Below are positions 7,555 to 17,115 of a stretch of DNA of 19,126 nucleotides, in pieces. Position numbers and translations under genes: made by a program. The notes under the pieces were generated by a model. That model did not search any database. It saw only the letters and a program-made list of their open reading frames with translations, and was not told the DNA's origin. The stretch lies in the NCBI GenBank assembly GCA_050261115.1, contig JBLNCY010000065.1:1-19126 (forward strand). The letters run 5' to 3'. Numbering within the stretch: position 1 is the first letter of the stretch; each line of letters opens with the position of its first letter. This stretch comes from Methanocella sp. (GTDB lineage: Archaea > Thermoproteota > Bathyarchaeia > Bathyarchaeales > Bathycorpusculaceae).

Positions 7555-8941
7555 TCAATGTTTATGAACGACCCTTTTTCGTAAAAACAGCAAAAGCCCA
7601 ATAGCTACTGCTGCTAAAATTGAACCGATAACAATCGGATTAATGACGTCATCCCATGTCTGTGGCGCTGCTAAGGTAAAATGTACCATCTTTGGCGCTG
7701 CCTGGTTACCTGCCAAATCAGCCGCGTACAAGACTATGTTGTGGTCGCCATTGTAGAATCCGTCTAGGGGTATTGTTGTGTTTGCGGTTATGGTAACGTT
7801 TGCTGCCCCATCAAGACTATAGTTTATCTGTGAAGTGGCCTCGTTTACGGTGAAATTAAGCAAAAGCTCTCTTGCGGTGACAGTTATGTTTGGGTTAGGC
7901 GAGAGCACCTCTATGACGGGTGGCCTTTTGTCGCCCGCCCAAGGCTTCATCAGCGGATAATTATCAGTGAAGCTGCCAGCAATAGAGAGTCCATACCCAT
8001 GGTCGCCTATGTCATCTCGGTTCAAGTCTAGTCCGCTGTATCGTGCGTAGTAGTTGCCTTCTGCTCCGTTGTCAAAGTTGCTTGTTCCCGTGACCGTGTA
8101 ATCGGTTTCGTAGTAGGTGGCTCCAAATATTACGCTGCCAAGGTGGATGTAGGGGTATTTAGTAGCTAAAAAAAAGTTGTTATGGAAAAATAGGTTCCCG
8201 TCAATATGGGTTGAGTATACATCGTAGGCTGTGGCGAATCGGATACCCATTGGAGAGGAGATGTTATTATCGGTAAAGGTGTTATAGTCTGCGTTTGTTA
8301 ACTGTAACCCTACTATGCCCTTCAGTGAGGGTGTTTTGGGTGACTGTGTTTTGGTTGCTTTCTTCGAGATAGATGGCTACATCATTTCCTTTCAGAGTAT
8401 TGTTTATGATTTGGTTTTTGGCAGAGGACGAGATGTCGATTCCAAAGTTGCAATTTTCAACGGTGTTGCCGGCTATGACATTATTTTGGGCTTGGTAGAG
8501 CCATATACCCTGAGCTGTTCCTGAATCGCAATGCCGAACAATGTTATTGGTAACGACACAGTTGTCCACGTTAAGAAGATGAATCCCACGCTTTTTAGTC
8601 CACTGAGTCGTATACGTTGGGTTATCAATGGTCATCCCACTTATGGTTACGTTACTATGGGTGACGAGTATAGCGGCTTGCCCAGTTATGGTCCAACTTC
8701 TGATTACAGCTTTACCATATTCGCCAATCAACGATATGGATTTGTTGATTTCAACTATCCCCTCGTAACTTCCGCCACGGACATAGACGGTGTCCCCAGG
8801 GTTTGCAGCGTCCACAGCGGCTTGAATAGAGCTGAAATCGTCTGGGACAGTGATTGCTTGGGGTTCTGCTATTGCTGGAAGCGGAAAAGTAAAGCAGGCA
8901 ACCAGAACGACCACAATGATAAACACCGCAAGTTTATTCAT
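7555..8941 (-). pseudogene. NosD/right-handed parallel beta-helix surface protein with Ig-like domain and C-terminal anchor, split by one frameshift
   Basis: Signal peptide, VPDDFSSIQAAVDAA.PGDTVYV and N.I..N repeats. Removing one base near 8318-8320 joins TLTE to GIVGLQLTNADYNTFTDNNISSPMGIRF. Ends with YSLDG...YAADLAGN, a TM helix and a basic tail. May be a sequencing error. Confidence 0.82.
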
Positions 8942-9029
8942 GACTACCAAAGATAGAACGAGAACACGGGGGTTATATCGTTTGCTTAAAACTGCTTTTC
9001 TGTGGGTGTCAAATGTGCTGGTAGAACCC

Positions 9030-9074
9030 TTTTATATCGCATAACAACCCAATATCTATTGGACTTTTAGGAGG
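9030..9074 (+). promoter_or_regulatory. Putative TATA box and Shine-Dalgarno for the PRT-hydrolase operon
   Basis: TTTTATAT at 9030-9037 and AGGAGG at 9069-9074, upstream of ATG 9081. Confidence 0.5.
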
Positions 9075-9080
9075 ATTTGT

Positions 9081-9755
9081 ATGGCTTATTTTAGTGATCG
9101 AGTAGATGCAGGCAAACGTCTTGCAGAGGCGTTGGCGGATTTTCGTGGGAAAGATGCGGCGGTGTTGGCGATTCCCCGAGGCGGCGTAGTTGTGGGCTAT
9201 GAGATTGCAACAGCGTTTATGTTGCCTTTGGATGTGATTGTGCCCCGTAAGCTGGGGTCCCCCGATAACCCCGAGTTAGCTATCGGTGCGATTGCAGAAG
9301 ACGGCTCAAGAGTGCTGGATAACCAGTTAGTGGTTTACTTGGGCGTCTCGGATGGTTACATTGAGGAGGAGAGTGAGCGGCAGCGGCAGGAAATCGCAAG
9401 GCGTATGAAGGTGTATCGGGCGGGCGCTGAGCCCATTGATTTGCAGAGTAAAGACGTCATAATCGTCGATGATGGCATAGCTACGGGTTCCACTATGAAG
9501 GCGGCGCTGCTGTCGGTGAGGAATCGGGGCGCTAAAAGCGTCACGGTCGCGGTGCCGGTTGGTCCACCCCAAACCATAACCGAACTCAAACACCTATCCG
9601 ACCGCGTTGTTTGCCTCTATACCCCCGAATACTTCCAGGCTATCGGGCAATTCTATGAAGACTTCAGCCAGACCAGTGATGAGGAAGTTATCCGGTTGCT
9701 TAAACTCTGCCGGGAAGGCCTGAAACTAAACCCCCAAGGAGTGAGCGCAATATGA
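9081..9755 (+). CDS. Type I phosphoribosyltransferase family protein
   Basis: FSDRVDAG, LAIPRGG, PRPP-binding motif VIIVDDGIATGST and IGQFYEDFSQTSDEEV. Confidence 0.92.
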   Translation: MAYFSDRVDAGKRLAEALADFRGKDAAVLAIPRGGVVVGYEIATAFMLPLDVIVPRKLGSPDNPELAIGAIAEDGSRVLDNQLVVYLGVSDGYIEEESERQRQEIARRMKVYRAGAEPIDLQSKDVIIVDDGIATGSTMKAALLSVRNRGAKSVTVAVPVGPPQTITELKHLSDRVVCLYTPEYFQAIGQFYEDFSQTSDEEVIRLLKLCREGLKLNPQGVSAI

Positions 9756-10402
9756 GTTCCCTTGAATCAGCCCTAAAAATCCCCGTAGGTAACGTGGAGG
9801 TCGAGGGCAACCTGTTTCTGCCCCAAGACGCCAAGGGGATTGTGGTGTTTGCGCATGGCAGCGGGTCGAGCCGCTTTAGCCCACGCAACCAGTATGTCGC
9901 CAAAGAAATCAACAAAGCCAACTTGGGCACACTCCTATTTGACCTCTTAACGCCCACGGAGGAAGAGGCGGATGAATTAACTGGCGAGTACCGCTTTGAC
10001 ATCGCCCTGCTTGCCCAGCGCTTGATCGGCGTTACCGAGTGGCTAAGAAACGACCCCACCACACAGAGTTACAAGCTGGGTTATTTCGGTGCGTCTACGG
10101 GTGCGGCTGCGGCTTTGATTGCGGCGGCGAAGTTGCCTGAAGCGGTTTCAGCAGTGGTTTCCCGGGGTGGCCGCCCGGATTTGGCGGGGGAGTATCTGAG
10201 TCAGGTGAAGGCGCCGACGCTGCTGCTTGTAGGCGGCTGGGACGAAGAAGTCCTCGAACTAAACCGGCAAGCCCAAAACCAAATGACCAACCAAAACAAG
10301 CTGGTAGTTCTCCCCGGCGCCACACACCTCTTTGAGGAGCCCGGTAAACTTGCAGAAGTCGCCCGATTCGCAACAGATTGGTTTAGTCAATACCTAGCGT
10401 AG
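9752..10402 (+). CDS. Dienelactone hydrolase family alpha/beta hydrolase
   Basis: FAHGSGSSRFSPRN, GYFGASTGAA, SRGGRPDLA and ATHLFEEPG. ATGA overlap with the PRT gene. Confidence 0.92.
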   Translation: MSSLESALKIPVGNVEVEGNLFLPQDAKGIVVFAHGSGSSRFSPRNQYVAKEINKANLGTLLFDLLTPTEEEADELTGEYRFDIALLAQRLIGVTEWLRNDPTTQSYKLGYFGASTGAAAALIAAAKLPEAVSAVVSRGGRPDLAGEYLSQVKAPTLLLVGGWDEEVLELNRQAQNQMTNQNKLVVLPGATHLFEEPGKLAEVARFATDWFSQYLA

Positions 10403-10849
10403 CTACTGTGCTTTAGGCTGCTCAATGAGCTTAAAGACTGCGTAATTCTCTGCCATCTCTGCCGTATAGAGCACGCTAAAAGCCAGCATGGCCTCAAGGG
10501 GTGCGTTCATGTAGACTTTGCCGCCGGATGCTTGCATAGCGTTTTTTTCTGAGGTTAAGAATACGGTGAGTACGTCACCGATTTGTAGTTCGTCGCCGAC
10601 TCGGTGTCCATCCTCTGATTCTTTGTCTAGGGGTATAGCTGTTTTCCATGCGGCTTCCCCGAAGTCCACGATGATGTAGGGGTGCCCTGCCTGGATTAGC
10701 GAGGAGACAGAAATCGAGGGTATGCACTTTGCGCATTGGCCTGATACTTCTATGAATTCGGTTTCGTTTAGGGGAATGACTAAAATTTTATGTACTGTGT
10801 TGTTTTGGTCTGTGACTGTAAAAAACCGCATAAAACCACAGTTACTCAA
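10403..10849 (-). CDS. Hypothetical protein
   Basis: 148-aa ORF filling the gap between genes, with a CAKC motif. Start is uncertain (TTG 10849 or the ATG of MRFF). Confidence 0.6.
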   Translation of the reverse strand: MSNCGFMRFFTVTDQNNTVHKILVIPLNETEFIEVSGQCAKCIPSISVSSLIQAGHPYIIVDFGEAAWKTAIPLDKESEDGHRVGDELQIGDVLTVFLTSEKNAMQASGGKVYMNAPLEAMLAFSVLYTAEMAENYAVFKLIEQPKAQ

Positions 10850-10930
10850 TGGTGGTTTTTGGCTTTAACTTTTTCTATACTCTGCAGAGGCAGGCTGTGG
10901 CGGTATAGGAAGGGGGTTGCAGCCCATAGG

Positions 10931-11517
10931 CTAGGCGGAGAATACTTTTTTGACAATGTCCGCGGCTTCCTTTAACCAGCCTTCACGCTGCGGCTGTGTA
11001 CTGGTCATCATAGGCGAGAAGAGTTTCCGCTCCACAGTTTTTACTCCAACAGTGTCAAGTATACAGACCTTCCAGAGATTTCCCATGGCATCCTTGCAGC
11101 GCATCTCTTCTTGGTCTTGGGGAGTATTGGAGGTGTTAAAGACTACGGCTTTTTGGGCTTTAAGTAAGCCGACTGGGACGCCGACTCCGGGGGCAACTTC
11201 CTGAAAGCGATAGGCAACGCCGGCACGGAAGACGCGATCGACCCAGCCGCATACGATCGCGGGGGGCATGCCCCACCATATGGGATGGATGATGACCAAA
11301 CCGTCGGCGTTGGAGAGTTCTTCGGTGTGTAGGCGTATGATGGGGTCGGTTAGGGTTTGCATCTCCGAGAGGGGTAGGGTGGGGTCGAATTTTTCTTGGT
11401 AGAGGTCATGGAAGAATACGGTGTGTCCCATAGCTGTCAGGGTATCTTTGGCGGTTTTGGCATGGCGTGGCTAAAACTGGATGGATTAGGGTTTCCAAGT
11501 ATGATTAGAATGTTCAT
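10931..11517 (-). pseudogene. NAD(P)H-dependent oxidoreductase, flavodoxin-2 (MdaB/KefF-like), frameshifted near the 5' end
   Basis: ATG 11517 gives MNILIILGNPNPSSFSHA. One base missing near 11461 shifts it from AKTAKDTLTAMGH...DLY..FDP...HPIWWGMPPAIVCGWVDRV. May be a sequencing error. Confidence 0.85.
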
Positions 11518-11602
11518 AAAAATTCACATAATATTTTGAGGCTGTCGTATTATATTAGTTTGTACAAAGCCCCTTAGAGAAGGCGCTAAGTCTTCTCGCT
11601 TG

Positions 11603-13603
11603 TCAGGTTTCATCACGATTCAGTGGCAGTTTGACCCAGAACTTTGTGCCCTTGTTTAGGTTGCTTTCAAAGCATATGCTGCCTCCCTGAGCCTCCACTA
11701 GCCGCTTTACCACCGCCAACCCCAGCCCCTGTCCCTTTGCTTTTGTGGTGAAGAGGGGCGTGAAGACTTTTGTTTTCAATGCATCGTCAATGCCGACGCC
11801 AGTATCTGCAATGGTAATGCATACGTGATTGTTTTCTTGATAGCCCGCGACTTCGAGGTTCCCGCCCTGAGGCATGGCTTGAATGGCATTGTTGATTAGA
11901 TTGGTGAGGGCGCGTCTTAGGAATGTGGGATCCGCATTTACTTTAGGCGCCGATTTCACGCCGATTGAGAGGTGGATTTTGTCTGGCACCTTGACGGCGC
12001 TAAAGACCTCTGCGATTAAGGCGTCTAGGTTGACTTCTTTCATTTCGGGGCGGAGTGCACGTGAGTAGTCTTGGAGGTCAGCGACGATTTTGTTGATGTA
12101 GCTGATCTCCTCGTCTACGCTGTCAAGGCTATTGATTATGTTAGCTTTAGCTTCAGTTTCCACGATGCTATCAAGCTCACTGCGTATAAGATAGATTTCG
12201 CCTGTGAGCGCCTGCAGGGGGTTGCGGATGTCATGCCCCACCATACCTGCAACTTGACCCATAGTGGCTAAGCGTTCCATCTCTACAAGTTGTTTGGTGC
12301 GTTCCGCTACGAGCTGCTCTAGGTGTTTGCTGTATTGGTGGATTTTTTCTTGGTCTCGTTTTCGTTGGGTAATGTCGCGTACACCGCCGATGACGAGTAC
12401 GCTTTTGCCTTGAGCGTCTTTTAGAATTCTTGCAGTGTCTTTGAGTGTTATGTATTGCCCGTTTTTGTGTAGGAACCGGTATTCTAGCACATAGTGGTCA
12501 AGTTTGGGGTCTGAAATTACGCGTTTCCATTTTGTTTTTATGCAGTCTCGGTCGTCGGGGTGGAGGTGTTCTATGACCCAGTCTAGTTTCCAGTTTGTCT
12601 CTTGGGGTTTGTAGCCGGTTAATCGTTCTAAGTCGCTCATGAAGTGTATTTGTCGTGTGTTTAGTTCAATTTCATAGACGCCTACGTTAGCGGCTTCGGC
12701 GACGACGCGGAAACGTTCCTCGCTTTTCTTTAGCGCCTCCTCTGCTTTGCGCTGTTCGGTTACATCTTGGTCTACGCCTACCACGACTTTGGCTTTTCCC
12801 TGTGCATCTACTTCTTTTACTTGCCGTTGAGCATGAAGAATACGGACTGTATTGTCAGGGCATATTATGCGGTAGTCAAAGGTTTCCCTGTGGTTTAGGG
12901 GCGAATCCATCATGATTTGAGCGTTCTTAATTGCGGCTTCTCGGTCATCAGGGTGGATGAAGCTTGCGTATTCTTCCCAGGTAAATCCCTTTGTTCGGGG
13001 TTCAACCCCAAAAACCTTAAACATGCCCGGAGACCAAGTGGCTAGGGGTTTTGTAATGTCCCATTCCCAACTGCCAAAATGCGCCACCTCTTCAGCTAGG
13101 GCAAGGAGTTTAGTGGTTTCAGCGGATGCATGTTGGGCGATCCTCTGTTCGGTTACGTCTTGGTCTACGCCGACGACAATTCTGAGTTTGCCGTCTTGGG
13201 TAAGTTCTTTTATCTGCCTCTGGGAGTGAATTATGCGTACTGCGCCGTCCCCGCGAATTATGCGGTAATCTAGGCTGCTCTTCTGGTTCAACTTCGGGGA
13301 AGTGTGGGCGGCTTGTATTCTTTTCGTGACCATTTCTAGGTCATCGGGATGGATAAAGCTGCAAAACTCCTCTAGCGATAACCCTTCAGCTTGGGGTTCT
13401 ATCCCAAAGATTCTAAACATCTCGGGGGACCAAACAGCTCGCGGCTTTGTAATGTCCCATTCCCAACTGCCAAAATGCGCCACTTCCTCGGCTAATTCTA
13501 ACAGTTTTGCCTTCTCGTCTTTTTCATTTGAAGGGGGCATGCTGGGAAGGTGGGCCGTTGTTGATTTTCCTTTGGTTGCAGAATTCGATTCTGAGGCTAA
13601 CAC
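11603..13603 (-). CDS. Cytoplasmic sensor histidine kinase with three PAS/PAC domains
   Basis: Three HPDD-containing PAS domains, H-box GHDIRNPL, N-box NLINNAIQAM, G1 DTGVGI, F FTPLFTTK and G2 GQGLGL. Likely start is GTG 13603 (GAGG upstream) or ATG 13540, not 13954. Confidence 0.92.
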   Translation of the reverse strand: MLASESNSATKGKSTTAHLPSMPPSNEKDEKAKLLELAEEVAHFGSWEWDITKPRAVWSPEMFRIFGIEPQAEGLSLEEFCSFIHPDDLEMVTKRIQAAHTSPKLNQKSSLDYRIIRGDGAVRIIHSQRQIKELTQDGKLRIVVGVDQDVTEQRIAQHASAETTKLLALAEEVAHFGSWEWDITKPLATWSPGMFKVFGVEPRTKGFTWEEYASFIHPDDREAAIKNAQIMMDSPLNHRETFDYRIICPDNTVRILHAQRQVKEVDAQGKAKVVVGVDQDVTEQRKAEEALKKSEERFRVVAEAANVGVYEIELNTRQIHFMSDLERLTGYKPQETNWKLDWVIEHLHPDDRDCIKTKWKRVISDPKLDHYVLEYRFLHKNGQYITLKDTARILKDAQGKSVLVIGGVRDITQRKRDQEKIHQYSKHLEQLVAERTKQLVEMERLATMGQVAGMVGHDIRNPLQALTGEIYLIRSELDSIVETEAKANIINSLDSVDEEISYINKIVADLQDYSRALRPEMKEVNLDALIAEVFSAVKVPDKIHLSIGVKSAPKVNADPTFLRRALTNLINNAIQAMPQGGNLEVAGYQENNHVCITIADTGVGIDDALKTKVFTPLFTTKAKGQGLGLAVVKRLVEAQGGSICFESNLNKGTKFWVKLPLNRDET
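13050..13483. repeat. Intragenic tandem PAS duplication, 396-nt period
   Basis: Identical 38-mer TTTGTAATGTCCCATTCCCAACTGCCAAAATGCGCCAC at 13050-13087 and 13446-13483. Confidence 0.9.
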
Positions 13604-13733
13604 ATATTGTGCCTCATATAATGTTTGGAGCCTGAGTATTAATAAGAGTTTCAGCCTAAACAGCCTAAGCCCATAGTTTGCCTGGCTGTAGGGATAAATA
13701 GGACAGAAAATAACTCTCCTTAGGAGACTTTTT

Positions 13734-14066
13734 ATGGAGAATGTAAAACATACGGCCCAAGAGGCTGCTGAAAAAATTCCCCAATTAGCCCATAACGCAA
13801 CCGATACTGTCGGCAGAGCTGTGCAGAACATCGCTGAGAACCTTGTTCCTATCATGGATCGTCTTGCAGGTACACAATCCAGCCTTACATTGCGTTTTGA
13901 GGATCTCACTTTAGATGTGGGGGCTACGAAAGCAAAAATCACTGGAGCGATCAATCTTGCGGCGTCCTATACTGAGCATAATGGTGGGGTTAAGCCGTTG
14001 TCTGGCGGAACCACTGACAAGGTTGATTTTGGAGAAGTTGACCGAACCGTAGTTGATGTAGAGTAG
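13734..14066 (+). CDS. Hypothetical protein (110 aa)
   Basis: AGGAGA RBS before the ATG, helical N-terminal half and beta-rich C-terminal half. Divergent from the kinase. Confidence 0.75.
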   Translation: MENVKHTAQEAAEKIPQLAHNATDTVGRAVQNIAENLVPIMDRLAGTQSSLTLRFEDLTLDVGATKAKITGAINLAASYTEHNGGVKPLSGGTTDKVDFGEVDRTVVDVE

Positions 14067-14220
14067 TCTTTTGGGTATGATTGTTGTTCTGATTTCCGGT
14101 GTTTTCGCGTTTGTAGTGTAGTCCATAAGGCTGTTTGGTTTATTTTGCTTGTTAATTGATAAATTTTTCAAATATTAGCACTTTATATATCGAAATAAAC
14201 GTAATCAGCCGAGCGGTGAT

Positions 14221-14394
14221 TTATCCCAAATACCGCAGCATCCGTTTAGTCACATAAAACAGCAACTTCTTTGCCCGTTTAGGTGCGACAGCCCCTTTTC
14301 TGACAAAATACTTAGCCGTTTTATTACTGCACAGTCGGTTCCAATACTTGCCATCCATAACTAAAACAAAGCCATAATTTGGCTGTGTTTCCAT
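14221..14394 (-). CDS. Small ORF (57 aa), possibly a truncated remnant, absent from the ORF track
   Basis: METQPNYGFVLVMDGKYWNRLCSNKTAKYFVRKGAVAPKRAKKLLFYVTKRMLRYLG* with a GGGGAG RBS upstream. Confidence 0.5.
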   Translation of the reverse strand: METQPNYGFVLVMDGKYWNRLCSNKTAKYFVRKGAVAPKRAKKLLFYVTKRMLRYLG

Positions 14395-14670
14395 TTAATT
14401 TCTCCCCGCTTGGATGTTTTGTTGGCGTTTAGAAGATAACGTTTATGGTAAAAAAACGGTAAGTGTTAAAAGAATAGCGCATCAGAAAAATTATTCCTCG
14501 TAGAAGCCAAGCTGGTAATTGATGTCTTATTCGACGCCAATGATTTGTAGCTGAATCATTCACTCACCTCTCTACTGCTATTTTCAGTCGGTTCGTCATT
14601 TGTTTTAAAAGCATTTCACGCTAATGCTTGTGTCCCAAGTTAACGGCTACGGTAAAGCAGTTCAGATTGT

Positions 14671-16956
14671 TTGGAGGTATAGCAAGTTAGAGGCTGGATT
14701 TTTGACGTTTATCCTGGCGATGAAGGCGAAATAGTAGTCTGGGTCATAAGCGAGAGTGGGGAACGTATCCGCTTAATCGATAGTTTCCAGCCTCAAATCT
14801 ATGTATCGGGCGCAAGAGAGAACGTCGAAGAGTGTCTTAGCAAGCTATACCATAACAAAGACATAGTTGGCTGGAAATTCATAGAAAAATATGCTAAGCC
14901 AACTGATCCGAAAAAAAGCAGCGTTTTGGAATTAACCCTAAAAGATTATCGGAAAGCAACCTACCTGACAAAAGAAATTCTGCGATTAGGGGACTACTCC
15001 CGTCTTGATGTTCATAACGCCGATCTGCATACCGATAGAGCGTATTTGTTTAGCAGAGACCTCTTTCCCCTAGCTTTTGTTGATATCCAAAAGAAGGGTG
15101 GACGGCTGGTCTACACCCTAAAAGATGATGTAGCGAGCACTGATTACTCTATTCTACCCTTGAAGACATTAAAGATGGAAATAAAGATTGCAAAGAGCGG
15201 CAAAATAGCACAAGTCACCGATCCCATAAAGCAAGTAACCCTGACTCAACAGGAAACCACCGTAACGATAGGAGAAAGAGATGAAGCTGAGACCCTTTTA
15301 AAACTCGCAAAGGCAGTCTGGGAGTTAGACCCAGACTTTTTGCTAACAAACGGCGGTGACTCCTACGTGTTTCCCTACCTGGCCCAACGAGCAGCCGAAA
15401 ATCAGTTGTCATACCAATTCACGCTAAGCCGGGATCCCGTTCCTCTGTCAAATAACAAAGCATCTGGCAGCACTTATTTCTCCTATGGACGAACCTTCTT
15501 TAGAGCTAATCCTCAACGTCTCTTTGGCAGGGTGCATATTGACTATTCCAACACATTTGTAATCTCCGAAGCAGACATAGATGGCTTAATCGAAATCGCC
15601 AGAACTTGCCGTGTACCACTACATACTGCTGCTCGCAACTCTATTGGATCAAGCATGACCTCGCTGCAACTCTACCAAGCCATAAAAGACGACCTTCTAA
15701 TTCCTAGAAACAAGAGTATTTCTGAAGCGTTCAAATCAGCGCAGGAACTCCTTATCGCTGATAGAGGCGGTTTCGTCTTTGAGCCAAGGGTTGGAGCCCA
15801 CGAACACATAGGCGAAGTGGACTTCAGCAGCATGTACCCCATGATAATGGCAAATAACAACATATCAGCCGAGACAATACTCTGTAAATGTTGCCCCGAC
15901 TCACCGATTCGCATACCCGATTTGAACTATCATATATGCACAAAACGTCAAGGCATCGTCGCTAAAACGACTCGTCTAGTCGTAGACAAAAGATTGTACT
16001 ACAAAAAAATGAAAGACCAATCACTCGATCCGCTGGTAAGCGAGATTTATAATAAGCGACAGATTGCGCTGAAATGGATTCTGGTCACATGCTTCGGTTA
16101 CTTGGGATTTAAGAACTCAAAATTTGGCACTATAGATGGTCATATTGGAGTCTGTGCTTTTGGGAGAGAAGCACTTCTTAACGCGGCTCACACAGCAGAG
16201 GATTATGGGTTTGAAGTAATTCATGGCATAGTTGACTCATTATGGCTCAAAAAACCAAACGCTCCAGTGGAAGAGTACAAAGCCCTCTGCGAAACAATCA
16301 CCAAAAAAACCAATATACCCATTAATTTTGAGGGTAAATACAAATGGATCGTCTTTTTACCCTCCAAAATGCACCCCAACATAGGTGTACTAAACCGCTA
16401 CTATGGCGTTATGGAAAGCGGCAAAATTAAAGTTCGGGGCATAGAGGTAAGACGCCGAGACACCCCCAAATTCATCAGTGACGCCCAAACGGATATGATA
16501 AAAGAGTTATCAACTGCAAACAACGTCTCTGAACTCTATGAACGAATCCCAAAAGCACTAAACGTAGTGGGGGCCTATCGGCAGAAGCTTCTGGATAACG
16601 AGATTCCTATTTGGGATTTAATCATAAAGAAGCATCTATCCAAAGAACCCAGACATTACCGGCAAAACGTAAGCCAGGTTATCGCAGCAAGACAGCTTCA
16701 ACAAGCGGGGGAACAGGTAAACGCAGGCAGCAGTCTAAAATTTCTTTTTACAGATGCAAAAAACAAAAGACCTTCCCGCAGGGTGAGAGCTCAACAGTTA
16801 ATCGGTGAAACAACCAATCCGGATACCCGCCAATACCTAAAGATGCTGTATGACTCTTCTGCTAACCTGCTGAGCTTTGCAGGATTCACGACAAGAGCCA
16901 TCTTCGAAGCGGTTACCAAACAAAAACAAGCCCATCTAGAACTTGCGAAATTTTGA
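14671..16956 (+). CDS. polB2: Family B DNA polymerase, PolB2 (Dpo2) group; 5' end interrupted by an in-frame TAG
   Basis: Motif A DFSSMYP, CKCC cluster, motif B RQIALKWILVTCFGY, motif C HGIVDS, LNRYYG and KVRGIEVRRRDTP. The frame is open from 14683 (QVRGWIFDVYPG...), 81 codons upstream of the track start at 14926. Confidence 0.9.
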
Positions 16957-16970
16957 GTTGCGCTGGCGCT

Positions 16971-17020
16971 AAAAAAAATATTTTTTTTTTCGGGGGACGG
17001 TCGTTAAAAAATTTTTTTTT
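16971..17020. terminator. Paired oligo-A/oligo-T tracts, probable intrinsic archaeal terminator
   Basis: A8-TA-T10 at 16971-16990 and A6-T9 at 17006-17020, just after the polB2 stop. Confidence 0.6.
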
Positions 17021-17115
17021 GGACAACGGAAATGTAAAAAACCCCTAATTTAGAGCGATATGCAACTTGCATCGCCACTAATTGCTCTCAACGCTCGGGG
17101 AGGGGGCTAGTAAAC

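Noticed and set aside
13715-13727. TCTCC-TTA-GGAGA hairpin covering the RBS of the 13734 gene
   Set aside because: Only a 5-bp stem with a 3-nt loop, too weak to claim as regulatory.
13604-13954. 117-aa N-terminal extension of the histidine kinase in the ORF track
   Set aside because: It overlaps the well-supported + strand gene at 13734-14066 and the intergenic promoter region, and does not look protein-like.
14680-14682. Genome-wide TAG recoding
   Set aside because: Several genes end at TAG at sensible positions (2994, 6039, 10402, 14066), so TAG is a normal stop codon here.
14671-16956. Casposon, pipolin or viral polymerase
   Set aside because: The motifs match cellular PolB2, and no cas1, integrase, capsid gene or terminal repeats were seen.
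16957-17115. Replication origin (AT-rich tracts plus G-strings)
   Set aside because: No recognisable repeated ORB boxes and no cdc6/orc1 gene in the window.
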